A stretch of 36,638 nucleotides of DNA from a virus (lineage: Duplodnaviria > Caudoviricetes): positions 1 through 36,638 of IMG/VR virus record IMGVR_UViG_3300038549_000053; one strand, 5' to 3'. The translations under genes and the position numbers were made by a program. The notes beneath the pieces were generated by a model. The model searched no databases. It saw only the letters and a program-made list of their open reading frames with translations, and had not been told where the DNA came from. Of this stretch, positions 16,275-23,981 are shown piece by piece; within the stretch, counting starts at the first letter, position 1; each line of letters begins with the position of its first letter.

Positions 16275-16532
16275 ATGAGACTCGAAGCGCACGCCGGTAA
16301 CTGCGTGAATGGCGGTCGCCATTCTTGGCGCAGTAAAGAATTTCGCATTTCCAAAGGTGCTTTCACGAGTTTGTACGGGACGATCTGCGCGAAATGCCAA
16401 CGTATTCGGATCACCGAATACACAAAACGAGGGAATCATGTTGCCGGTTACAGACAGGCAAGTGTCGATGAAATTGGAAGGAAAGTTCAGGAATTGAGCA
16501 AGGAAAAACTTGAAGCAATTGATGGCGAATGA
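16275..16532 (+). CDS. Hypothetical Cys/His protein
   Basis: 85 aa, 3 nt after the int stop. Confidence 0.6.
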   Translation: MRLEAHAGNCVNGGRHSWRSKEFRISKGAFTSLYGTICAKCQRIRITEYTKRGNHVAGYRQASVDEIGRKVQELSKEKLEAIDGE

Positions 16533-16791
16533 CAAGGCGTGCCCCGCTTGCGGTGGCAATGACCGCGACCGCCCTTGTGCTTATCCGTCCGAGGGGCAGA
16601 AAGGGTGCCTGCGGGACATACGCTTAGCTCGATGGCGCGCCAACGCGGAGGTTCGAGAATTGATTATCGCACTGCGCGGCGGCCCACCGGACAAGTGCGA
16701 CTTTTGCGGTAACATGACGCTGCCGGATAACTTGCATCCCGAAGAGGCCGGCGAATGGATTTGTAACGATTGCATCAAGAGGCTGGGGTAA
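16522..16791 (+). CDS. Zinc-finger-like protein (CPAC, CDFC, CNDC)
   Basis: Three CxxC pairs; overlaps previous stop. Confidence 0.65.
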   Translation: MANDKACPACGGNDRDRPCAYPSEGQKGCLRDIRLARWRANAEVRELIIALRGGPPDKCDFCGNMTLPDNLHPEEAGEWICNDCIKRLG

Positions 16792-16793
16792 CG

Positions 16794-17042
16794 ATGAGCG
16801 ATGAGAAAGCGAGTCAAGGCATCGTTAGCTGCACGAAGTGCAACGATACCGGATGGCGCAGGTATGGCCACAACCACGCCCAAGTGTGCGAATACTGTTG
16901 TAAACACGATAAAGGCTGGTGGGAACTTACCGAAGGATGCTCGGGGTATCAGCCTGGCGCGGATAACCGTTGCTGTAAGGCGGGATGCGGAACGCTGTAC
17001 CGGGATTTGCCAGCTAACGCCGTTTTAACCGACGGAGATTGA
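16794..17042 (+). CDS. Cys-rich protein of cassette 1
   Basis: MSDEKASQGIVSCTKC...; body bounded by GTTAGCTG (16824) and CAGCTAAC (17011-17018). Confidence 0.7.
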   Translation: MSDEKASQGIVSCTKCNDTGWRRYGHNHAQVCEYCCKHDKGWWELTEGCSGYQPGADNRCCKAGCGTLYRDLPANAVLTDGD

Positions 17043-17331
17043 ACCGACCGGAGTGGCGCGGCGTAACCGGCGTCGGCACGAGTGAATTGTTATGGCAACA
17101 AAACCTTTTCAATGCTCGCGATGCAGAAAGCCATTCGGGCAACCGAATGACTGCCAACAGCATATTAACGCCAAGCACGGCGGAAACGGGAAGGTTAAGA
17201 AACGCGCAAAGCATGGCGACGATTCTTTTGCTTCTCGTGCCATCGAAGCCGAATTGGCAATCGCTTGTGGCGAACAAACAGATGACGCATGGTTGTTGCC
17301 ATAACGCCGCCTTAACCGACGGAGATTGAAC
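17015..17331 (+). repeat. 30-bp direct repeat TAACGCCGYYTTAACCGACGGAGATTGAAC at 17015-17044 and 17302-17331
   Basis: 28/30 identity; attC half-site plus a GGAG RBS. Confidence 0.9.
17092..17304 (+). CDS. C2H2 zinc-finger-like protein of cassette 2
   Basis: FQCSRCRKPF......QH...KH; ATG lies in GTTATG and TAA lies in CATAAC. Confidence 0.75.
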   Translation: MATKPFQCSRCRKPFGQPNDCQQHINAKHGGNGKVKKRAKHGDDSFASRAIEAELAIACGEQTDDAWLLP

Positions 17332-17592
17332 ATGAACGATACTGCGACACAACCTAACGAGCGCCTTGTTATGTGGGCGCTTGATCTAGGTTTTGCTACC
17401 GGACATGCGGATACCGAACAAGACTTGTTGGATGAAGTAGGAGCACAGATAAAAGAACTGCAAGCCAAATACTATGAACTGCTTTATGGTGTGGCTAGGA
17501 AGTTTCCTAATGAAACCCGGCATGAGACAGCACTTCGGTATATACGAAACGCTGAAACTCACGGCAACGAACCGGCTAAATGTGACACATAA
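17332..17592 (+). CDS. Hypothetical protein of cassette 3 (ELLY.V..K.P.ETRHETALRYI..AE)
   Basis: GGAG RBS in the repeat; stop codon lies in CACATAAC. Confidence 0.75.
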   Translation: MNDTATQPNERLVMWALDLGFATGHADTEQDLLDEVGAQIKELQAKYYELLYGVARKFPNETRHETALRYIRNAETHGNEPAKCDT

Positions 17593-17649
17593 CGGCCCGC
17601 TTGAGCCGCGCGCCGACTAGGCGCGTCGGACTCGAAGCGGTTGTTATGT
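17587..17649 (-). other. Complete attC recombination site (63 bp)
   Basis: Minus strand: ACATAAC-AACCG-CTTCGAGTCCGACGCGCC-TAGTC-GGCGCGCGGCTCAAG-CGGGCC-GTTATGT; 5/6-nt spacers and three unpaired bases in the R''-L'' arm. Confidence 0.85.
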
Positions 17650-17665
17650 TTCATTGGAGGAATGA

Positions 17666-17839
17666 ATGGGCGCGAGTACACGGGTATATGTGAAGGTTGT
17701 GAAAGAGGTTTGTTCTTGGGTCGAGGTAAGCGCGGTTACGCTTGATGAAGCCAAGGTAATAGCACGAAACGAAGATAAGGATGTGGTCCGAGTTGCTGAA
17801 GCGCAATACGATCCGCCATATTCAGAGACTGAAACATAA
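17666..17839 (+). CDS. 57 aa protein of cassette 4 (not in ORF track)
   Basis: GGAGG RBS; MGASTRVYVKVVKEVCSWVEVSAVTLDEAKVIAR...ETET; TAA lies in ACATAAC. Confidence 0.75.
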   Translation: MGASTRVYVKVVKEVCSWVEVSAVTLDEAKVIARNEDKDVVRVAEAQYDPPYSETET

Positions 17840-17922
17840 CAGTTGAGTATACGGCTGGTGCGGCGATATTGCCCAGTTATGAAATTGATTCTGACGCTTG
17901 ATCGCTAACGGAGATAGTGACG

Positions 17923-18078
17923 ATGAACAACGAACGAGACAGGCGCAACCTGACCGAAAACGAACAGAAGGTATTGGATGGAGCACTTCGGAAATCTGTC
18001 AAGATCGTAGCGCGGTGCGCAAAATACGGTGGGATCATGGGGCAAAAATGGGGCAAAACCATGCTCAAACGTGCTTAA
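17923..18078 (+). CDS. 51 aa hypothetical protein running into the attP arm
   Basis: GGAG RBS; MNNERDRRNLTENEQKVLDGALRKSVKIV... Confidence 0.45.
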   Translation: MNNERDRRNLTENEQKVLDGALRKSVKIVARCAKYGGIMGQKWGKTMLKRA

Positions 18079-18253
18079 GCATGGTTAGCCGTATCAGAGA
18101 AGGGTTATAAAGACCATCACATAACTAACTGATAATAAAAGAAACCGAAAAGCAGCATTTTTGGGTATTTGGCGGAGAGGGTGGGATTCGAACCTTCCAT
18201 ATCGCGCTAGATATCAACGCGTTGGAGGTTCAGGGGGCAGGAATGGGGCGCGC
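18037..18253. other. attP: tRNA-Ser 3'-end core (18170-18194) with arm repeats and IHF sites
   Basis: Minus strand GGTTCGAATCCCACCCTCTCCGCCA; ATGGGGCAAAA x2 at 18037-18058 and AGGGGGCAGGA/ATGGGGCGCGC at 18232-18253; IHF match TATCAACGCGTTG at 18212. Confidence 0.85.
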
Positions 18254-18272
18254 AGAATGGCGCTGGGGACGT

Positions 18273-18563
18273 TTACGATGCGGGGGTCTGGTGTTGGCTT
18301 GTCTTGGGATCGCGCCCTGTCGGTGCTGGCGCGTAGGTCGGTTTGGTGGGCGTTTCGTTAAATGGATCGGGATGGCAACTAAACATGCCACCGGTCGGTA
18401 ACTCGATGATGATCCAATTGTCACCGTCGCACTTCGCGATCGCCAACAGGCCACGCACCGCCTCGGCACGAGAACCAAGCAAGGCTTGATTGCCAATTGA
18501 GGCGGCGATTGCGCCGATCATCAAACACCCCAGACAAGTGACGATAAGCCGGATCGGCGTCAT
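18273..18563 (-). CDS. Hypothetical membrane-anchored protein
   Basis: N-terminal hydrophobic helix; ATGA-coupled to the upstream gene. Confidence 0.55.
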   Translation of the reverse strand: MTPIRLIVTCLGCLMIGAIAASIGNQALLGSRAEAVRGLLAIAKCDGDNWIIIELPTGGMFSCHPDPFNETPTKPTYAPAPTGRDPKTSQHQTPAS

Positions 18564-20725
18564 TGGCGGTTGAGTGCGCGAATCTTTTCCGATAGTTCGG
18601 CCTGAATTTCGTTTTCGCGAATACCGGCCGCTTGCTGAGAAAGCGCGCGCGCTTCGGCCTCGCTCAAGGGCTGAATAAAAGATTCAAGTTTCTCGCGGCC
18701 AATGATGCCCGACAGAATCGTACCGGCACGAATCGCTTCTTTACTGCCGCGCGGTGCCTGCAAGCCGACCGTGAGCCACTTAATACCTTGCGGGTGGGTG
18801 AGTATCCGCGCCATTAAGGGTGGAGCCAACAGCACGGCCGCCGCCGTGGCGCCAGCCGCCGGACCCCCTGGCGCTAGTCCCGCTGCGAGTCCTGTGGTGT
18901 ATAGAAGCGCGCCGGGCTGCGCCAATTGAATCGCCTGCCCGCCCGGCACACCCGCCGCCGGGCCACGCTGCGCCAATTCGATCGTGCGCGCGAGTGTTTT
19001 CAAATCATCGGTTCGGCCTTTGAAAATTTGGCGCACGGTATCATCGCCGGCATTGGCGAGATTGCGCGCGATGCGCGTGCCGACCAATCCTTGCGGCGAG
19101 TCGGGCGCTAACAGCTTCATCGCCGCTTGGCTTTGGAAGTTTTGCCACTGTTGCGGGCCTACCGCCTTTTCGGCGATTTTGATGTTCGACAATTGCCCGC
19201 GCCGCATAAGTGTATCAACGGCCAATTCCGGGTTTTGATCGACTACCTTGCGGATTACGCGCGAGTTGAAAATCCGGTGGCCTTCTTTGGTGAATTGCTG
19301 CGCCTCGCGATACGCTTGGGTAAGCGACTGATTGCCCGATGCCGCAACACGCGAGCCGGCTTGGTCAATTTGACGATTCAACGCGCCGCTCAAATACTTA
19401 AACATACCCTTTTCCGGGCCGCTCAAGACTTCCGTACCAATCCTTGTTTTGGAGGAAAGTTCGGAAGCCAATTCGATCGCCGTTGAAAACGGTATTTGAT
19501 CCGGCATGTTGAGCAATTCATCGGTAACTTTGCCGGCCTCGCTGCGTGCAAGCGTCGGTGTCGCCTCGGCGAGGCGTAAACGTTTCTCTTGCAGCTTGCG
19601 CGCCGCCGCCTTGATTTGCGTGGTATTGACCATGTAGTTCGGCTGCCGAACAGTCTGCGTTACTTGGCGCATGAGCGCTTCGCCGCCCGGACCAACCAAA
19701 CCGGTCGGGCGTAACGCAGTCTGCGTGCTCGGTGTGGTTTGGCCGGCAAGATCGTCTACTTTGCTCCAAACCTTACCTTCTAATGTGCGAAAGGCTTTGG
19801 AGTTGTTTTGAATCGCCTCTTGAAAGTGAATGCCGGCCTCGGTCGGCGTTAGGCGCGCGCCATACTGATCGATGAAATCATCCACCAAATTTTCCGTGGC
19901 ACGTGTAATCGCGGCTTTGCGTTCCAACAGACGCCCAGCACCGAACAAGGATTTTTCCGCGACGTTTTCGGCGGTATGACGCAGGCGTGCGGTCTCTTGC
20001 AATGAATGGCGCGGTGTTAGCACCAACGGGCGTCCGGCTTCGTCGGTGTATTGAGACAAAAGCCGGTTGGCCTCGGTGACGCCAGGCGAAACGTCCGTGG
20101 TGCCGGGGCGTAACGCGCGAACAACGGCGCGTTCGGGATACATTGAAGCAAGGCCGAAACCGGCCGCTTCGGCGCCACGGCGCAAGGACTCTTGCGCCGT
20201 CTCCGGTTGCGCGCCGAATAACTCGGCGAGGCTTTGACGTATTTGCCGGCCGCCCGTCGCACCAATAGCACCGCCGCCCGCGCCACCGGCAATCATACCG
20301 GGCGGGCCGAGACCTGTGCCGGCGATTCCGCCCGCGACGGTTCCGATGCCGGTTCCGACGAATTCGGGAACATAGCCCGCAATATCGGCAATGTCGGCCA
20401 AGCTGAAACCCGGTCGATCAACGGGCAGGAGTTCGCCGCTTGGTTGGCGGATGTGCAGCCGACCGCCTTCATAGGCGGGCTCCATTCCTTGCGCGGCCAG
20501 AATTTGCGCTTCTTGCTGCGGCGATTGGGCGAAGCTCAGCTTCGCGCGCAAGGCGAAATCTTCGACTTCGCCAGGCGCAATACGCGCCGCCGGTGGCGGG
20601 GAAACTACACGCGCCTGTTGGTCGTCCAACGTATCGGGATCGACAAAACCACCGTTCGCCGCCTTAGCCGCCCGGCCATTCCTTGGTTGTGCGCCTTGCG
20701 GATTGTCGGGATCAATGAACGCCAT
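18560..20725 (-). CDS. Large DNA ejection/internal virion protein
   Basis: 721 aa, Gly/Ala-rich hydrophobic stretches, last large gene of a podovirus virion module. Confidence 0.7.
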   Translation of the reverse strand: MAFIDPDNPQGAQPRNGRAAKAANGGFVDPDTLDDQQARVVSPPPAARIAPGEVEDFALRAKLSFAQSPQQEAQILAAQGMEPAYEGGRLHIRQPSGELLPVDRPGFSLADIADIAGYVPEFVGTGIGTVAGGIAGTGLGPPGMIAGGAGGGAIGATGGRQIRQSLAELFGAQPETAQESLRRGAEAAGFGLASMYPERAVVRALRPGTTDVSPGVTEANRLLSQYTDEAGRPLVLTPRHSLQETARLRHTAENVAEKSLFGAGRLLERKAAITRATENLVDDFIDQYGARLTPTEAGIHFQEAIQNNSKAFRTLEGKVWSKVDDLAGQTTPSTQTALRPTGLVGPGGEALMRQVTQTVRQPNYMVNTTQIKAAARKLQEKRLRLAEATPTLARSEAGKVTDELLNMPDQIPFSTAIELASELSSKTRIGTEVLSGPEKGMFKYLSGALNRQIDQAGSRVAASGNQSLTQAYREAQQFTKEGHRIFNSRVIRKVVDQNPELAVDTLMRRGQLSNIKIAEKAVGPQQWQNFQSQAAMKLLAPDSPQGLVGTRIARNLANAGDDTVRQIFKGRTDDLKTLARTIELAQRGPAAGVPGGQAIQLAQPGALLYTTGLAAGLAPGGPAAGATAAAVLLAPPLMARILTHPQGIKWLTVGLQAPRGSKEAIRAGTILSGIIGREKLESFIQPLSEAEARALSQQAAGIRENEIQAELSEKIRALNRQ

Positions 20726-21991
20726 TTAGCGAAACCCTTTGGGCAGCTTGCCGAGTCGTTGGCCCTCTTTGATTGCTTGCGCGCGCGAGATACCGTTAAC
20801 ACGCATTGCGCGGTGAATCCAATCCTCTTCGGGAACGAGCAACTTCGCTGCCGGCCCCAGTGCTTCGACTACTTGCGACGGATTGACATTGCCGCGCACT
20901 GTCGAGCGGCTTTGACGCTCGGCGGCACCGTTGACGATCTGCAATTGACGGGCAAGATTGTCCTGCGCCACTTGCGGATTGGTCGCAGGCGTGATGATAA
21001 GCCGCTCGAAATCCTCTTTTTCAGTGCCGGTTAAGCTCGCGCCGAAACGTTCGCGCCGTACATCGGCAATGAAGTCGCGATAATCTTGATGCCAACGCAC
21101 CATGCCTTTTTCGTCGCCGAAACGGCGACGATATTCGGTGGCGACGTTGCCCAGCACATCGGAACCGAAACCGACAAAATCGGTTTTGAAATTCCCGATC
21201 AATCGCTGTACGCCTTGGAATTGGCCGCTTAGGTTCGACAACGATTCGACTTCTTTTGCCGATAGGTCTTGATACGGCCGGCGAAACGCGGCGCTGGCAC
21301 CGGCGACGGCCCCCGCGACGGGATCACTCGGCCGTTGCTGCAAACTCGGACGCGGTAAGAACGTGACCGTTGGCTGACCACTAATGGGGTCTTGCGTCAT
21401 GACCGGAATCGGCGCTTCGGAGATTGGCGGCGTGCCGGCGGCCATAGGAACCGGCTCGTATTGATTCGTGTAGACGTTAAGCCCGATCGGCACGCCACCC
21501 ACGCCGGTCTTAATATCCTTATAGCCAGCCACCGGTTTGCCGGCTTTCGCGTTGACTGTGGCAAACGCTTGTTCAATCGCGAAGGCTTCTTTCGGAAATC
21601 CGCCACCGTACAGATCGGCGAGCGTGGTCGGCCAATCGAGTTGACGCGGCCGTGCCGGCGGCGGGGCGAACGGCACGCCGCCAACCATCGGCGCCTGTGG
21701 CATGCCGCTCGGCGCGGTGGCAATGTCGGCGAGTCTCGGCGCTTCGGGCGCGGCCATCGGAATCGCAACGGGCGGGGCACCGGTGGGCGGCATGATCTGC
21801 GGAATCACGCCTTGCGTGAAATCCGGTGCCGCTTCATCGCCGATGACATTGCGCGCAAAGATGTTTTCAAAACGCTTTTGGCGCGCAATTTCGTTCTCTT
21901 GCGCGGCAATTTCTTGTTGCATGCGGCGAAATTGCAAACCCTTAATATAGGCATCCGCGAGATTGGGAACAAAACCGAAACCGTTAGCCAC
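20726..21991 (-). CDS. DNA ejection/internal virion protein
   Basis: Likely GTG start (VANGFGFVPNL); Pro/Gln-rich; lies between the other two ejection genes. Confidence 0.65.
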   Translation of the reverse strand: MANGFGFVPNLADAYIKGLQFRRMQQEIAAQENEIARQKRFENIFARNVIGDEAAPDFTQGVIPQIMPPTGAPPVAIPMAAPEAPRLADIATAPSGMPQAPMVGGVPFAPPPARPRQLDWPTTLADLYGGGFPKEAFAIEQAFATVNAKAGKPVAGYKDIKTGVGGVPIGLNVYTNQYEPVPMAAGTPPISEAPIPVMTQDPISGQPTVTFLPRPSLQQRPSDPVAGAVAGASAAFRRPYQDLSAKEVESLSNLSGQFQGVQRLIGNFKTDFVGFGSDVLGNVATEYRRRFGDEKGMVRWHQDYRDFIADVRRERFGASLTGTEKEDFERLIITPATNPQVAQDNLARQLQIVNGAAERQSRSTVRGNVNPSQVVEALGPAAKLLVPEEDWIHRAMRVNGISRAQAIKEGQRLGKLPKGFR

Positions 21992-22970
21992 GTGGTATGA
22001 TCCCCGCTTGACGGGCGAATAACCAATTTGACAAACCACCGCCCAGGGCACCACCTAAAGCACCATATTGCCCTGATATACCTTGCCCCTGTGCCGCGCC
22101 GATGTTGCCGTAAGCCCCACCGATGCCGCTCGCGAGTTGAGAACCTATACCGCCCAAGCCTTGGGTTGCGGTTTGGCCGACGCCGCTCAGGGCGGCAAGG
22201 CGATTGAAGTAATCGCCAAATTCCTGTGCGGCCATGCCTTGGCCGTAGCCTGAAAGCGCTTGAAGCTGCTGACCGGACAAAGCCCGACCGCGTGCGGCGG
22301 CGGATCGCTCAAGAGCTTGCTGCCCCTGTTGCAAACGAAATTGATAGCCGGGCGTTCGCGTGATGATACTGGGATCAAAACCGCCGCCGAGAATTGTCGG
22401 CGCGACTTGCCCCGGGGAAACCCCCGCTTGGGAAACCCCCGCCTGGGAAACATCCGTAATTGCAGCGCCTAAGCCGCCGGATAGACCGGGCGGACTACCT
22501 GCTCCGGCAGTTTGATAGTCCAAAGTGCCGGGCATCATGGTCGGGGCACCACCACCGGGCGCGAAACCGCCCGGCAATCCCATATCGGGCGGCCCACCTG
22601 CTCCGGCAGTTTGATAGTCGAGCGTGCCGGGCATCATGGTCGGGCCGGCACCACCGGGCACGTAAGCGCCGGATAGACCGAGCGGGCTACCTGGCCCAAT
22701 TTGTTTCGTTGGTACGCGTTGAAGGACATTACCGGTGCGTGGATCGAAACCGGCTTGAATCCCGAGCAAACCAAGCATTTGCGAAAGACCGGCTTGGCCG
22801 GCGGCACGATAAGGCGCAATGTCGGCGCGCGAAAGGTCATATTGCCGGCGCAATTCGGCTATTTGGGCCTCAAGCCCGGCTTGTTGCGCCTGCGAACTTT
22901 CCCGCGCGCCAAGATAGCCAAGTCCGCCACCTAGAACGGCGGTGCCGCCGATTGCTGCTCCGACGCCCAT
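21984..22970 (-). CDS. DNA transfer/pilot protein (P22 gp7-like position)
   Basis: Gly/Ala-rich N-terminus; PY..AG..GL, TPGYQFRLQQG..A....AA.G...SG..L.AL..YGQ motif. Confidence 0.8.
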   Translation of the reverse strand: MGVGAAIGGTAVLGGGLGYLGARESSQAQQAGLEAQIAELRRQYDLSRADIAPYRAAGQAGLSQMLGLLGIQAGFDPRTGNVLQRVPTKQIGPGSPLGLSGAYVPGGAGPTMMPGTLDYQTAGAGGPPDMGLPGGFAPGGGAPTMMPGTLDYQTAGAGSPPGLSGGLGAAITDVSQAGVSQAGVSPGQVAPTILGGGFDPSIITRTPGYQFRLQQGQQALERSAAARGRALSGQQLQALSGYGQGMAAQEFGDYFNRLAALSGVGQTATQGLGGIGSQLASGIGGAYGNIGAAQGQGISGQYGALGGALGGGLSNWLFARQAGIIPRG

Positions 22971-22971
22971 G

Positions 22972-23424
22972 TTAGAAATTCACCTTTTCGTACATGCGTT
23001 CAATCTCCGTGTAACCGAGACGTTCGAGTAAACAGCCGAAATCGTGCGCAAGCTTCATGTGGATATGCACCACGCTTACGCCCATGGCGAACAAACTCGT
23101 TTCGTTGAACTTGATGAGTTTGATGCCGACTCCGCGCCCGCGATACTTGGGCGCGAGATACAGAATGTCGTTGTTGGCGAACTTGTGCGCCTTGTAGTGC
23201 AGATGCGGGGAGACAAAGTTGATGATGTAGCCGATCAACGTGCCGTCATCGCGCGCGGTGACGATATGCAGGCACCCGACGCGCTCGATCGCTAGGTACT
23301 GTTGATAATCGGGATCGAGCGGAACTTTATTTTTATTGCGGGCGATTTCTTCCCAATGAACGGGAAGAAGAGACTTGAGTTGTTCTAGGATGTCACTGAG
23401 TTTTTCGGCTTGGTACGTCACCAT
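22972..23424 (-). CDS. GNAT family acetyltransferase
   Basis: DILYLAPKYRGRGVG acetyl-CoA motif; LERLGY. Confidence 0.85.
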   Translation of the reverse strand: MVTYQAEKLSDILEQLKSLLPVHWEEIARNKNKVPLDPDYQQYLAIERVGCLHIVTARDDGTLIGYIINFVSPHLHYKAHKFANNDILYLAPKYRGRGVGIKLIKFNETSLFAMGVSVVHIHMKLAHDFGCLLERLGYTEIERMYEKVNF

Positions 23425-23950
23425 CGAAATGCAGATCGATAATCAAATGCACGCGCGGCGTGGTGCCGCCGTTGAACACATCATGTTCCAAAGCGTTGTT
23501 GAACCACCAGATATCGCCCGCTTGCATGCTCACGCATTCCACCCCGCAACGAAACGACACCGCCGGGTTGGATTGCAACACGACATGAAAGCGGTCGTAG
23601 TACGCAGTTTGTTCCGGTTCATCGCAATGCGCGCCGATGCGTTTGTTCGGGCGAAGCCGCGTGATAAGGCTGCGCCCGATGCGCGTAGCGCCTAGCTCGC
23701 GCGCAAGTGCTTCGACCGTTTCGCGCGCACTCGGCAAACAATCCCAAGCCGGATAGTTCACCACTTCATAGTCATCGGGGCGGTAGGGCTTGCGCCAGTC
23801 GTTGAAGCGCAACCAGATATCCTCGGCCTCGACATGCGGGCCGGCTAGTCGCCGCGCTTCGTAGACATTCCAAAGGCGCATGTCATGCGACACGGCATCG
23901 AGCAAATCGCGCGTGTCGAAACCGGCCGCGAGGCGATGGAAATTAATCAC
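23393..23950 (-). CDS. Aspartyl/asparaginyl beta-hydroxylase family 2OG-Fe(II) oxygenase
   Basis: HCD...RFHVVL, GDIWWFNN..EH.V.N....RVHLIID. Confidence 0.85.
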   Translation of the reverse strand: MINFHRLAAGFDTRDLLDAVSHDMRLWNVYEARRLAGPHVEAEDIWLRFNDWRKPYRPDDYEVVNYPAWDCLPSARETVEALARELGATRIGRSLITRLRPNKRIGAHCDEPEQTAYYDRFHVVLQSNPAVSFRCGVECVSMQAGDIWWFNNALEHDVFNGGTTPRVHLIIDLHFDGDVPSRKTQ

Positions 23951-23981
23951 GTAATGAAATAGCCAAAATTGTGGCCATCGT

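Larger units (their letters stand above)
16824..17860 (-). mobile_element. Integron-like gene cassette array (four cassettes, attC polarity on minus strand, no intI in window)
   Basis: Four consecutive units whose GTTA start is the exact reverse complement of their TAAC end (8, 13, 8 and 11 bp), separated by attC-like sequences. Confidence 0.8.

Noticed and set aside
17015-17331. CRISPR mini-array
   Set aside because: Only two repeats, separated by 257 bp containing a gene; no cas genes
17876-18125. A fifth cassette starting at GTTATGAA
   Set aside because: No matching TTCATAAC end was found; the nearest CACATAAC matches only 6 bp and lies inside attP
18170-18194. tRNA gene
   Set aside because: Only the T-loop and acceptor 3' strand are present; no D or anticodon arm, so it is the attP core
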